This document shows positions 27,487 to 37,080 of a stretch of 64,000 bases of DNA, piece after piece. Every line of letters starts with the position of its first letter. Positions within the stretch are counted from its first letter, which is position 1. A model generated the notes under the pieces. The model had not been told where the DNA came from. It searched no databases and saw only the letters and a program-made list of their open reading frames with translations. The position numbers were made by a program, and so were the translations under genes. The DNA is from a bacterium (lineage in GTDB: Bacteria > Patescibacteriota > Minisyncoccia > Minisyncoccales > CG1-02-41-26), in contig JAUWWY010000001.1 of assembly GCA_030616605.1 (NCBI GenBank), forward strand, positions 4,251-68,250, read 5' to 3'.

Positions 27487-27915
27487 TTGAGTATAACTTT
27501 TCACAAAATCGGCGACGGTAATAATTTGAATATTGCCGTATTTTTTTATTTTAAGAACTTCTTTATCACCCGTTACAATCCATTTTGCTCCGCATACTTT
27601 GGCGAGGCGGAAATATTTATCATCATCAGGATCTGACTTTACAATATTTATATCTACAAGTGTATCAAATGGTTCTCTCATATTAATTAAAGTGCGATAA
27701 TCGGATATCATTTTCTCCGGCGTGAAAATTTGAGCGTCCCAGTATCTCTTAAATTTTGGGAGTCTAACCTTTCTACAAAATTCATCGAATGTTTCTTGAC
27801 TTCCATATAGGATAACCTCTTTTGCGAGAGCAAGGCTAATAATTTTTCGAGGATAACTGGGAAATCCAAACATTCCTGAGATAAGCACATTGGCATCAGG
27901 GACAATTTTAATCAT
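27463..27915 (-). CDS. PIN-domain protein (PIN_3-like putative toxin)
   Basis: IVPDANVLISG, DPDDDK, IVTGDK; start at internal ATG 27915. Confidence 0.85.
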   Translation of the reverse strand: MIKIVPDANVLISGMFGFPSYPRKIISLALAKEVILYGSQETFDEFCRKVRLPKFKRYWDAQIFTPEKMISDYRTLINMREPFDTLVDINIVKSDPDDDKYFRLAKVCGAKWIVTGDKEVLKIKKYGNIQIITVADFVKSYTQLKQSKLP

Positions 27916-27937
27916 ATCGTTTGTTTTAATGTTCGAA

Positions 27938-29077
27938 TCAGTCTTGATTTTTTGTGGTTTTAGCCAATACCTCGGCGGATTCAAGAACCTGTTTCCATTT
28001 GAGAAGGTGGGTTTTTTTGAATAGCGACCTGTGGTTTTTGACACAATAATCAATAAAATCAATTGCTTGGTCGATTCGATTTTTCATGAAGCTGACTTTT
28101 TTTTCTGATGGTTGAGTAGAAAGTTCATTCATCGCATCCGTTCGGCGATAAAGAGAGTGGCGTTTTTTAGAAACAACATCCTTCGCCACCGATCCATTGC
28201 ATGCGAGACAATTACATTTATACTTTATGTTTTGAACTTCAGTATCGTTTGCATTATCAAAAATTTCTGGGATGTAAAGTCGATTTTTCGGTCGCCCATA
28301 ATTAGTTTTTTCTTTAAGATATTCAACCGACATAGTTTCCTTATCGTCTACAAAGCCAGATGATCCGATGGCTCCGAGGACTTCTCCAAATGCTCCAATT
28401 GATTTTGCAAATATAATTTTGTCTTCCTTGGCGAGTAAATGTATAAGTTTTGTTAAGCCTATTAAAGAATCGACATCTTCCATTCTGCTATCAAAATTAT
28501 CAATAGCGACAAAATACCCTTTCACGGCATTGCTGTATTCTCCGTCTGTATATCTTGCAACAATATTACTAACTGATAGTCCTTTAGTAAGAACAGCATT
28601 ACCAATATAAATCATCCCGAAGAGCGGTTTTTTGATGTTTTTGTTTTGTAGAAATTGGATGGTTTCCGAAAGCATAGTGAGATTCAAATTGAATTTTGCA
28701 CTATTATCATCTTCTGTAAAAAAGTAGGGAGCTACTATTATGTCAGCTTTTTTCGCCAATTGATATTCGACAGAGGACTGGATGAGTTTTTCAAATCTAA
28801 ACTCGGGTTCACTGTGTAGTTTTTCAAAAGTTGCTCCGTGCGGATATGGTAATTTTTTGAAACTTTTTGGTGTATTTTTATATAATAAATAGTATGTAAC
28901 TGGATTCACGATGAGCAACTCGCTAATACTTGGTATTCTCTTCGCTACCTTCGGTCTCCATTCCGCGATATGGGCATCAAGCATTACTGCGGGGAATTTC
29001 AAACCAAGCTCGGTAATTCCCGAGTCCAATGGTTTTGGTATAAAGATTACTGATTGTGACAACAGAGGTTTATTCAT
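27938..29077 (-). CDS. Hypothetical protein with TGT-like C-terminal Zn motif (CxCxxC...H)
   Basis: KCNCLAC...KRH; alternating alpha/beta pattern; ADIIVAPYF. Confidence 0.6.
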   Translation of the reverse strand: MNKPLLSQSVIFIPKPLDSGITELGLKFPAVMLDAHIAEWRPKVAKRIPSISELLIVNPVTYYLLYKNTPKSFKKLPYPHGATFEKLHSEPEFRFEKLIQSSVEYQLAKKADIIVAPYFFTEDDNSAKFNLNLTMLSETIQFLQNKNIKKPLFGMIYIGNAVLTKGLSVSNIVARYTDGEYSNAVKGYFVAIDNFDSRMEDVDSLIGLTKLIHLLAKEDKIIFAKSIGAFGEVLGAIGSSGFVDDKETMSVEYLKEKTNYGRPKNRLYIPEIFDNANDTEVQNIKYKCNCLACNGSVAKDVVSKKRHSLYRRTDAMNELSTQPSEKKVSFMKNRIDQAIDFIDYCVKNHRSLFKKTHLLKWKQVLESAEVLAKTTKNQD

Positions 29078-29380
29078 AATTCATAGTATATATTACCAGA
29101 CTTTTATTTTTTTATCAAGTTGATAAAGGTTCTGCTTGATCCATTCACCGAAATATTGTATTATAGTAAACACCAAAGTTGTCCACTTTTGGTCGCTTGA
29201 CTTCAATTCCAGGCTGGAGTAGGGGTGTATAATGAAGGAGAAATAAAAGGTGCTCCATGGGAAGAAAAAAAGGAAGAGAAGAAAGAAACTAAAAAAGAAA
29301 AAATCTCTTCCTCTGGGTAGAAGGAATAATAAATATCCTTCATTATGATCTGGTCAACAAAAAATTAGTAAAATAAATTT

Positions 29381-29956
29381 ATGGCTAAACAAATAAAAAA
29401 AGAAATTAAAAGAATAAAAAAAAGAAAAAAGAAGATAATTGATCCAGTAAAAATATTGCCTGATTCCTCTGTTTTTGTTGCTCTTATTGATAAGAAAGAC
29501 TCACATCACGAATCGGTGAAATCTTTATTCGACTTCATAAATAATTATAAATATCATCTTATGATTTATTCAATCGTTATAATTGAAACTATCTCTCGAT
29601 TAATTAGTAAAGGGTGGACCGTAGGTGGAGCAATTAAGTCCTTTGCGAATGTTCACGATTTACTGTCTAAGGGAGAAGTTTATGAGGGAGGTAATATAAC
29701 CCCTGAGGAGATTCTGAAGAGATTTAAAAATTTCAATAGAGCTAAAATTCGATTTCTAAAATCGGGGGATTTTATGATTATGTCAGAAGGTATTTTATTG
29801 GATGCCTTAATATTGACTACTGATAAACAGGCTTATAAAGATGTAAAAAAATATTATAAAAATATTTATTTTGTTTCTGACAAAGCCAAAAAGGTCAAAA
29901 GTGATTTACCTAAATTTATTGGTGATTTTTATAAATTAGTTTCTACCCATCAATAA
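29381..29956 (+). CDS. PIN-domain (VapC-like) protein
   Basis: ILPDSSVFVAL...DSHH, ET, D, ILTTDK. Confidence 0.8.
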   Translation: MAKQIKKEIKRIKKRKKKIIDPVKILPDSSVFVALIDKKDSHHESVKSLFDFINNYKYHLMIYSIVIIETISRLISKGWTVGGAIKSFANVHDLLSKGEVYEGGNITPEEILKRFKNFNRAKIRFLKSGDFMIMSEGILLDALILTTDKQAYKDVKKYYKNIYFVSDKAKKVKSDLPKFIGDFYKLVSTHQ

Positions 29957-30020
29957 ATTTTTGGTTGAGACAAAACATCAATTTTAGCCAAGGGATTTTA
30001 AGAAATTAATAAAAAATATA

Positions 30021-30278
30021 ATGGTAATTAAAAAGAAAACTTGGCCAAAGAATTTTGAACAAGTTCTTCAGGGCAAAAAGAAGTTTGATATGCGCCTTGC
30101 TGATTTTGATATTAAAGAGGGTGATGTTTTAGTTTTGGAAGAATGGGATCCAGAAACCCAAAAATATACCGGGCGGAAAATTGAAAAGAAAGTAGATTTT
30201 GTTTTGAAATTCAATCTTGATAGTTTTGGTCAGAAAAAAGAAATGGAAGAAAAGGGTTTTTATGTAATCCAATTTTAA
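30021..30278 (+). CDS. ASCH/DUF3850-like protein
   Basis: KTWPKNFEQV..GKKKFDMR..DF...GDVLVLEEW. Confidence 0.8.
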   Translation: MVIKKKTWPKNFEQVLQGKKKFDMRLADFDIKEGDVLVLEEWDPETQKYTGRKIEKKVDFVLKFNLDSFGQKKEMEEKGFYVIQF

Positions 30279-30294
30279 TTTTACTAAAATTCAG

Positions 30295-30603
30295 GTGAGG
30301 TTGATTAAGAAGGTGAAAAAGAAAGGAAAAAATAAAGAATATTGGTCTGGAGATGTGATAAAATACAGCAATGCTCTGGATTTGGAAAAAGGTATTTTTG
30401 CTTTGAGAAATCCAAGAAAAATTGTTTTGTCTCTTAAAAAATCGGCAGAAGAAAGCAAAAGACGGAAAGCAGGACCGTTTCAATCTGCTATGTCTATGTT
30501 GAATTTTTACATTAACCGCGCTGGGAAAAACTTATCAACAAAACAGAAAAAAATTCTCAATCAAGCAAAAGTTGAACTACGAAAAGCGTTCAACCGAAAG
30601 TAG
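30295..30603 (+). CDS. DUF3175-like protein
   Basis: SAMSMLNFYINRAGKNL. Confidence 0.75.
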   Translation: MRLIKKVKKKGKNKEYWSGDVIKYSNALDLEKGIFALRNPRKIVLSLKKSAEESKRRKAGPFQSAMSMLNFYINRAGKNLSTKQKKILNQAKVELRKAFNRK

Positions 30604-30679
30604 AATATATTATTAAACCTAATTAATATTAATCGCCAAGAAGGCGATTTTTTGGTAGAATAAATAATAGATAAATTTT

Positions 30680-30874
30680 ATGGAGTGTAAAAAACAAGAA
30701 AATTTAAAAGGTTGTCCCTGTACTTATCCTGATTGTCCGAGAAAGGGGACTTGTTGTGATTGTATAAAACATCATTGGCAGAATAAAGAGCTTCCAGCCT
30801 GTTTTTTCTCTAAAGAAGCGGAAAAAACCTATGACCGCTCAATTGAAAAATTTATAGAAGACCAGGGAAAATAA
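30680..30874 (+). CDS. Small Cys-rich protein (DUF6485-like)
   Basis: CPCTY..C.RKG.CCDC...H....ELPACFF. Confidence 0.75.
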   Translation: MECKKQENLKGCPCTYPDCPRKGTCCDCIKHHWQNKELPACFFSKEAEKTYDRSIEKFIEDQGK

Positions 30875-30901
30875 AAAGTCAGGAGATTAATTTAAAAATT
30901 T

Positions 30902-31165
30902 ATGGAACCAAAAAAACATTTTACAGTTGAAGAAGCAAAAAGAATAGGAGAGACGCTGGGGATTGATTGGACTAAGTTTGACGTTGAGCAGTTTAGAATG
31001 GGCATGGATGTAGAATTAGAGCATGGAACCGTAGACCCGAATACCAATGTTACTGATGATGACGAAATAGTGACCGGGAAAATTGCTCTTGCCCACTTGA
31101 ATGAATTTCCGGATTATTACACCCGACTTGAAAAAATGGAAAAGGAAGCAGAAGAAAGGATTTGA
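30902..31165 (+). CDS. DUF5661-like protein
   Basis: GMDVELEHG...KIALAHL.EFPDYYTRL. Confidence 0.8.
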   Translation: MEPKKHFTVEEAKRIGETLGIDWTKFDVEQFRMGMDVELEHGTVDPNTNVTDDDEIVTGKIALAHLNEFPDYYTRLEKMEKEAEERI

Positions 31166-31202
31166 TTTTTATCTTTTTTTGTAATAGATTGAAATTATTA
31201 AT

Positions 31203-32285
31203 ATGGTTTTGGAAATTACCACTATAATATTAATAATATTATCAGTAATTCTTTTTCTAATTCTGGTACTTTTTATTTTCAAGAAAGCTATCTTGAGTCA
31301 TTTTAATAATTTATCTCAGAGAATTATTGACGAAAATGTCAGAGAAAGAGAAAGGTTAGTGGACCAATTTCAGGCAAAAGGTGATGTAATCAAAGAATTA
31401 GTGGATAATATAAAACAAGAATTATTTAAAAGCCAGAGGAGATTAGATGAGACAGAAAAAGAACGGATAGGACAATTTAGCAATTTAAAAACTGTTTTAG
31501 AAGAATATAAGATAATGACAACCGGATTAAAAGAATCAACCGACCATTTAAAAAATATTTTATCCAACAACCAGTTAAGAGGCAGATACGGCGAAGAAGT
31601 TGCCGAAGACTTGTTAAAAGCTATTGGTTTTGTCAAAGGGGAAAATTATACAGCAAACACCAGCCAGGATACTACCTCTACCAGACCAGATTTTACAATT
31701 CATCTTCCTGATAAGACAAAAGTGAATATTGACGTAAAATTTCCATTGCAGTCCTTAATAAAGTTTCAAGAATCAGAAGACAAGGTTAGTCAGGACCGTT
31801 ATTTAAGCAAATTTTCTTCTGACGTTAAGCAAAAAATTAAAGAAGTTAGCAGCAGGGACTATATAAATCCAGAAGAAAACACAGTTGATTTTGTCATTTT
31901 GTTTGTGCCCAATGAGATGATTTTTAGCTTTATTTATGATAAACTTTATGATGTCTGGAATGGGGCAATGAGAAAGAAAGTTATAATGACCGGTCCCTTT
32001 AGTTTTACGGCTATACTAAGAACAATTTTTCAATCTTATAAGAGTTTTAAATATCAAGAAAACTTATCCGGAATTGTTAAATTACTGAGAATTTTTGAGC
32101 AGGAATATGAGAAATACAATGAAGAATTAGATAGGCTGGGAGAAAGGATTCAATTGGTTGCCAGTCAATATGATACATTATCAACTACCCGGACAAAGAA
32201 ACTATCTAGAATAGTTGATAAAATTAAGGGCGAGGATATATTGCCCAGCAGCGAAGAAAAGAAAAAATTAGAAGAAGAAAATTAA
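31203..32285 (+). CDS. rmuC: DNA recombination protein RmuC
   Basis: RG.YGE, RPD, IDVKFP, FVILFVPNE. Confidence 0.9.
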   Translation: MVLEITTIILIILSVILFLILVLFIFKKAILSHFNNLSQRIIDENVRERERLVDQFQAKGDVIKELVDNIKQELFKSQRRLDETEKERIGQFSNLKTVLEEYKIMTTGLKESTDHLKNILSNNQLRGRYGEEVAEDLLKAIGFVKGENYTANTSQDTTSTRPDFTIHLPDKTKVNIDVKFPLQSLIKFQESEDKVSQDRYLSKFSSDVKQKIKEVSSRDYINPEENTVDFVILFVPNEMIFSFIYDKLYDVWNGAMRKKVIMTGPFSFTAILRTIFQSYKSFKYQENLSGIVKLLRIFEQEYEKYNEELDRLGERIQLVASQYDTLSTTRTKKLSRIVDKIKGEDILPSSEEKKKLEEEN

Positions 32286-32289
32286 AACT

Positions 32290-32490
32290 ATGCAACAATT
32301 TTTAATCGAAAACTCGTGGGTTATTTTATTGATACTTATCTGGACAATTCCCTGGAAAGCAGTGGCTTTATGGAAAGCAGCCAGAAAAGCTCAAAAGTGC
32401 TGGTTTATAGTTCTGCTGGTGGTAAATACTTTAGCTATTTTGGAGATTCTCTACATTTTCGTTTTCAGCAAAAAGAAAAAAAGAACTTGA
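32290..32490 (+). CDS. Small membrane protein (DUF5652-like)
   Basis: WKAVALWKAAR...NTLAILEILYIF. Confidence 0.8.
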   Translation: MQQFLIENSWVILLILIWTIPWKAVALWKAARKAQKCWFIVLLVVNTLAILEILYIFVFSKKKKRT

Positions 32491-32503
32491 AATTTTTTAA
32501 TTT

Positions 32504-33565
32504 ATGGTTTTTGAAGAAATTTTAAATCTTAATTTTTTGGGAAATACAGCAGGGGATTATTTAATCGCTTTAGGAATTTTTGTTGTTGTATTTATTGTTT
32601 TAAAGATTTTTAAGAATGTCGGAATAAAAAAACTGAAAAAACTGGCTGACCATACCAGAGTAGAATTTGATGATTTGATAATAAAATTTATTCAATCCAT
32701 AGCCTGGCCTTTTTATTTCATTTTAGCTTTATATATAGCCTGCCAGTTTATCCAGCTTTCCAATATTTTAGACAGAGTCCTTTATTATGCTCTTATTCTC
32801 ATTGTTACCTGGTATGTTATTAAGTCTGTTCAAGAAGTAATTAATTTCGGAGTTCAAAGAGTAATTTCAAAGCGGCAAAAGGAAGATGAGAGATTTGAGC
32901 CGGGTAGTTTAAATATTTTAGCTAAAGTTTTAAAAGGGGTTGTCTGGCTGATAGCAGTAATCATTATTTTGCAAAACCTGGGTTATAATATTTCAGCTTT
33001 AGTTGCCGGTCTTGGAATCGGAGGTATCGCCATAGCTTTTGCTTTACAAAACGTTTTAACAGACATGTTTGCCTCCTTTTCCATTTATTTTGATAAGCCA
33101 TTTCAGGTCGGTGATTATATTGTTATTGGTAATAATAGGGGAACAGTAAAGAAAATCGGCATAAAATCTACCAGGATTCAAAGTACCCAAGGAGAGGAAT
33201 TAATAATCTCTAATAAAGAATTAACTGAAAGCAGAGTTAGTAATTATAAGAAGATGGAAAAGAGGAGAATAACTTTCAAATTCGGCATTGAATATAACAC
33301 GCCAGTTGAAAAAATTAAAAAAATTCCAGAGATTGTTAAGAATATTTTAAAAAGATTTGAATTAGTAGAAATAGACAGAGTTCATTTTAAAGAATTAGGC
33401 GATTTTAGTTTGAATTTTGAAGTAATCTTTTTTGTCAAGACAACTGACTATGCTAAGTATCTGGACACACAGCAAGAAATAAATCTTGCTTTAATGGAAG
33501 AGTTTGAAAAACAAGAAATTGTCTTTGCTTTTCCAAGCCAGACAATTTATTTAACCAAAGATTAA
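32504..33565 (+). CDS. MscS-family mechanosensitive channel
   Basis: AGLGIGGIAIAFALQ, DKPFQVGD, FAFPSQT. Confidence 0.92.
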   Translation: MVFEEILNLNFLGNTAGDYLIALGIFVVVFIVLKIFKNVGIKKLKKLADHTRVEFDDLIIKFIQSIAWPFYFILALYIACQFIQLSNILDRVLYYALILIVTWYVIKSVQEVINFGVQRVISKRQKEDERFEPGSLNILAKVLKGVVWLIAVIIILQNLGYNISALVAGLGIGGIAIAFALQNVLTDMFASFSIYFDKPFQVGDYIVIGNNRGTVKKIGIKSTRIQSTQGEELIISNKELTESRVSNYKKMEKRRITFKFGIEYNTPVEKIKKIPEIVKNILKRFELVEIDRVHFKELGDFSLNFEVIFFVKTTDYAKYLDTQQEINLALMEEFEKQEIVFAFPSQTIYLTKD

Positions 33566-33630
33566 GATTAAATGAGTTAAATAGAAATAGGTCAGTTGTT
33601 AGTTAACTGACCCATTTTTTTTATCTAAGA

Positions 33631-34494
33631 ATGAAATGGAAGAGAAAAATTTTTATCTTGATTATATTTTTCCTGATTCTTGCTAATTTTTTTATCTGGA
33701 AAGAAATCTTTGCTTTATCAAGAGGATTTTTAAAAGTTATCTTTTTTGATATTGGTCAGGGTGATGCGATTTTTATTGAAACTTCCCAGGGACATCAAAT
33801 ACTTATTGACGGGGGACCAAGCGGCAAGAAGTTATTGGAGAAGTTGTCTAATCAGATTCCTTTTTGGGATAAGACGATTGATTTGGTGATTTTGACTCAT
33901 CCTGACTATGACCATCTGGCAGGATTGAATTATGTTTTAAACAGATACAAGGTGGAAAATATTTTATGGAACGGAGTAGAAAAAGATACTAAAACCTTTG
34001 GATACTGGAAAGAAAATTTAGATACAGAAAGGAAAGAGGATAAAGCCAGAGTTGTAATTGCCCAGAAAGGTCAAAAAATCAAAGCCGGAAAAGTTGAAAT
34101 TTTTATTCTCTATCCTTTGGAAAATCTGGAAAACAAATTTTTTAAGGGAACTAGTAATGATACTTCTATAGTTGCCAAGCTTTTGTTTTTTGAAAATACT
34201 TTTTTATTTACCGGTGACATAACTAAAAAAGTAGAAAAAAAGATTTTAGAATTTGATCTGGGAGCGACTGTTTTAAAAATAGCTCATCATGGAAGCAAAG
34301 TTTCAACTTCAAAAGAGTTTTTAGAAAAAGTTCAACCCCGGCTTGCTGTAATTTCAGTTAGTGAAAATAATGCCTATGGTCATCCCCACCAAGAGGTATT
34401 GAGTAATCTTGAAGAATTTGGTATAAAGGTTTTAAGAACAGACCAAGAAGGAGACATTAAAATTATTCAAGGCTATGGAGTTTCCAATTTTTAA
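33631..34494 (+). CDS. ComEC/Rec2-type metallo-beta-lactamase-fold protein (stand-alone domain)
   Basis: DIGQGD, THPDYDH, TGD, HHGS, YGHPH. Confidence 0.88.
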   Translation: MKWKRKIFILIIFFLILANFFIWKEIFALSRGFLKVIFFDIGQGDAIFIETSQGHQILIDGGPSGKKLLEKLSNQIPFWDKTIDLVILTHPDYDHLAGLNYVLNRYKVENILWNGVEKDTKTFGYWKENLDTERKEDKARVVIAQKGQKIKAGKVEIFILYPLENLENKFFKGTSNDTSIVAKLLFFENTFLFTGDITKKVEKKILEFDLGATVLKIAHHGSKVSTSKEFLEKVQPRLAVISVSENNAYGHPHQEVLSNLEEFGIKVLRTDQEGDIKIIQGYGVSNF

Positions 34495-35539
34495 AACTAA
34501 AATTGAAGGAGTTTCTCAAAAATTTGACCTGACTGATTTTAGTCAAAGGCAAGCTTATTTTGAATTGAAAGCCGGCAAGGAGATTGAAAAACTGAGAGAA
34601 TATTTGAAAGATAAAAGCTTTATTGCTTATCTCTTGGGTAAAAAGAATTCTGGCAAAGGCACTTATGCCAAAATGTTTAAAGAGGTAGTTGATAAAGATA
34701 GGATAGAGCATTTTTCTATCGGCGATATGATTAGAGAACTTGATAAGGTTTTAAAAGATAAAAAAAAGAAAAAGGAATTAATTTCCTTTTTAGAAAAAAA
34801 TTATCGGGGCTTTCTACCTTTAGAAAAAATAATTTCTTCTTTAAAGAAAAGAAGCACTAAAACTCTTTTGTCAACTGAATTGATTCTAGTTTTAGTTAAG
34901 AAAGAGATAGCCAAAAGAGAGAAAAAAGCTCTTTTTATTGACGGTTATCCAAGAGATATGGACCAGGTTTCTTACTCATTGTTTTTTAGAGATTTGATTG
35001 GTTATCGAGATGACCCTGATGTTTTTATTCTTATTAATGTTCCAGAAGCAATTATTGATGAGAGGATAAAACATCGGGTAGTTTGTCCCCTTTGCCAAAC
35101 TTCAAGAAATTTAAAAGTTCACCGAACAAAAACGGTGGAGTATGACCAAAGAGAGAAAAAATTTTATCTCATCTGCGACAATCCGGATTGTAAAGGAGCA
35201 AGAATGGTTCAGAAAGAAGGAGATGAATTGGGTATAGAATCAATTAAGAAAAGATTAGAAAAAGATGAAAAATTAATAAAACAAACTTTCTCTTTATATG
35301 GTATTCCAAAAATTCTTTTAAGAAACTCTGTTCCAATAGATGAAGCTGAAAAGCTTGTTGATGATTACGAAATTACTCCAGGATATAGCTATGAATTAGA
35401 AAAAGATTCAGGAAAAGTAAAGATAATTGAAAGACCCTGGCAGGTTCTTGACGATCAAGGAATTCTTTCTTACAGTTTAATGCCCCCGGCAGTAGTAGTT
35501 TCTTTGATTAAACAGATGGTAGGAGTTTTTAATCTTTAA
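34475..35539 (+). CDS. Extended adenylate kinase-like protein
   Basis: GKKNSGKGT, IDGYPR, Cys-rich lid CPLC...CDNPDC. Confidence 0.75.
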   Translation: MEFPIFKTKIEGVSQKFDLTDFSQRQAYFELKAGKEIEKLREYLKDKSFIAYLLGKKNSGKGTYAKMFKEVVDKDRIEHFSIGDMIRELDKVLKDKKKKKELISFLEKNYRGFLPLEKIISSLKKRSTKTLLSTELILVLVKKEIAKREKKALFIDGYPRDMDQVSYSLFFRDLIGYRDDPDVFILINVPEAIIDERIKHRVVCPLCQTSRNLKVHRTKTVEYDQREKKFYLICDNPDCKGARMVQKEGDELGIESIKKRLEKDEKLIKQTFSLYGIPKILLRNSVPIDEAEKLVDDYEITPGYSYELEKDSGKVKIIERPWQVLDDQGILSYSLMPPAVVVSLIKQMVGVFNL

Positions 35540-35585
35540 TAAATATCTATTGACAATCGTCTTTGACAGGGTATATAATAAAAAT

Positions 35586-35729
35586 AGCCCTGTCTTTTTC
35601 TGTTAAAGTTTCTAGACAAACTTTTACAAAAGGGAAGGTAATATTTGTTAAGTCATTAATGACTTAACGTGAACCATCCCCCCTGGATTATCTCTAGGAT
35701 GTCAATTGCAGAAAAAGACAGGGTTTTTT
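35586..35729 (+). ncRNA. Candidate 6S-like rod-shaped ncRNA
   Basis: Promoter TTGACA 35550-35555 / TATAAT 35574-35579; 15-bp terminal stem; nested stems with central bubble; T6 tail. Confidence 0.55.
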
Positions 35730-36906
35730 AATAGTCAATTAAATCCATTTTAGAAAGACTGGCTTGAATTTGAACGGCAATCTTAAGTTTTTTTTCAACT
35801 TCTTCTACTTCTTTCAACTTTGCTTTTGTTTCAGGATGTTTTGGTAGAAAGACAGCGCAGCAATCTTGATGAGGTAAAATTGATATATCGTAAGTTCCAA
35901 TTTTTTTAGCTTTTTCAATAATTTGAAACTTATCCTCTCCGATTACTGGTCTTAAAACAATCAAGTTTGTAGCTTTTTGAATTGCTCTTAGGTTTTCTAA
36001 GGTTTGAGAGGCAACCTGGCCAAGATTTTCTCCAGTTACAACTGCTTTTATCTTTTCTTTCTCGGCTATTTTTTCAGCAATTCTAAACATTATTCTTCGG
36101 TACAAAATTACTCTCAATTTTGCCGGGCTTTTGAGAAGAATTTCTTTTTGGATATCAGCAAACGGAATTAAGTAGAGTTTTGAATTAAATTGAAAATTAT
36201 TGAGTATTTTAACGATTTTTTTTACTTTATCAATTGAGGCTCGATTGGTGTAGGGGACAGCGTGAAAATGAAGAAAAACAGTTCTCAAACCTCTTTTCAT
36301 TGCTAAAAAAGCAGCAACCGGCGAATCAATTCCGCCAGAAAGAGCAACCAGAGCTTTTCCGCTTACGCCAACTGGTAGGCCCCCAAGTCCGGCTATTTTT
36401 TCAAGATACAAAAAAGCATATTTTTCAACTATTTCAATAAAACAAGTAATATCAGGATTTTTTAAATCAACCCCTTTTTTCATTTTTTTCAAAACAAACT
36501 CTCCGACCTTCTCGTTGATTTCTGGAGAAGTTAAAGGAAAATCTTTTTTTGAACGCTGGGTTGAAATTTTAAAAGTTTTGAACTCTGCACCAGAGCCTTT
36601 GGCACGAAGCGAAGCTTGGGCAAGTTTTTCCAATGCCTTTTTTTGTATTTCTTTAATTTCCTGTTTACAATTTTCAGCAAAAGCAAAATAGACAATGCCA
36701 AAAACATTTTTCAAAGATTTTTCCAATTTTCTTTGTTCTGCTTCTTTCAGCAATTCAATAATTATCCTACCAGAAATTCTTTTTACATATTTAAAATCAG
36801 TCGGCCTCAAAGCCGACTTAATATTTTTAACCAATTGCTCTTCAAAAATCTTTCGATTTTTCCCTTTGAGTCCTATTTCTCCGTAGTGACAGATGACAAA
36901 AGCCAT
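35728..36906 (-). CDS. thiI: tRNA 4-thiouridine synthase ThiI
   Basis: YGEIGLKGKNR, THUMP domain, SGGIDS, GQVASQT, DCC. Confidence 0.95.
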   Translation of the reverse strand: MAFVICHYGEIGLKGKNRKIFEEQLVKNIKSALRPTDFKYVKRISGRIIIELLKEAEQRKLEKSLKNVFGIVYFAFAENCKQEIKEIQKKALEKLAQASLRAKGSGAEFKTFKISTQRSKKDFPLTSPEINEKVGEFVLKKMKKGVDLKNPDITCFIEIVEKYAFLYLEKIAGLGGLPVGVSGKALVALSGGIDSPVAAFLAMKRGLRTVFLHFHAVPYTNRASIDKVKKIVKILNNFQFNSKLYLIPFADIQKEILLKSPAKLRVILYRRIMFRIAEKIAEKEKIKAVVTGENLGQVASQTLENLRAIQKATNLIVLRPVIGEDKFQIIEKAKKIGTYDISILPHQDCCAVFLPKHPETKAKLKEVEEVEKKLKIAVQIQASLSKMDLIDY

Positions 36907-36919
36907 TTTTTTTTATTTG

Positions 36920-36990
36920 AGCGGGTGAAGGGAATCGAACCCTCGTTACAAACTTGGAAGGTTTGAGTTTTACCACTAAACTACACCCGC
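36920..36990 (-). tRNA. tRNA-Gly (TCC)
   Basis: Cloverleaf GCGGGTG...CAAAC-CTTCCAA-GTTTG...GGTTCGATTCC...CACCCGC; CCA not encoded. Confidence 0.95.
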
Positions 36991-37002
36991 CAATTTATCT
37001 TT

Positions 37003-37074
37003 TCGGGGTGCCGGGGGTTGAACCCGGGTCACAGGCTCCCCGAGCCTGGATACTAACCGTTATACTACACCCCG
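37003..37074 (-). tRNA. tRNA-Pro (GGG), C at position 33
   Basis: CGGGGTG acceptor stem; CAGGC-TCGGGGA-GCCTG anticodon arm; GGTTCAACC T loop. Confidence 0.88.
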
Positions 37075-37080
37075 CTGGTT

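Noticed and set aside
27916..28062. Long N-terminus of PIN ORF 27463..28062
   Set aside because: Overlaps the upstream gene; PIN motif begins at ATG 27915
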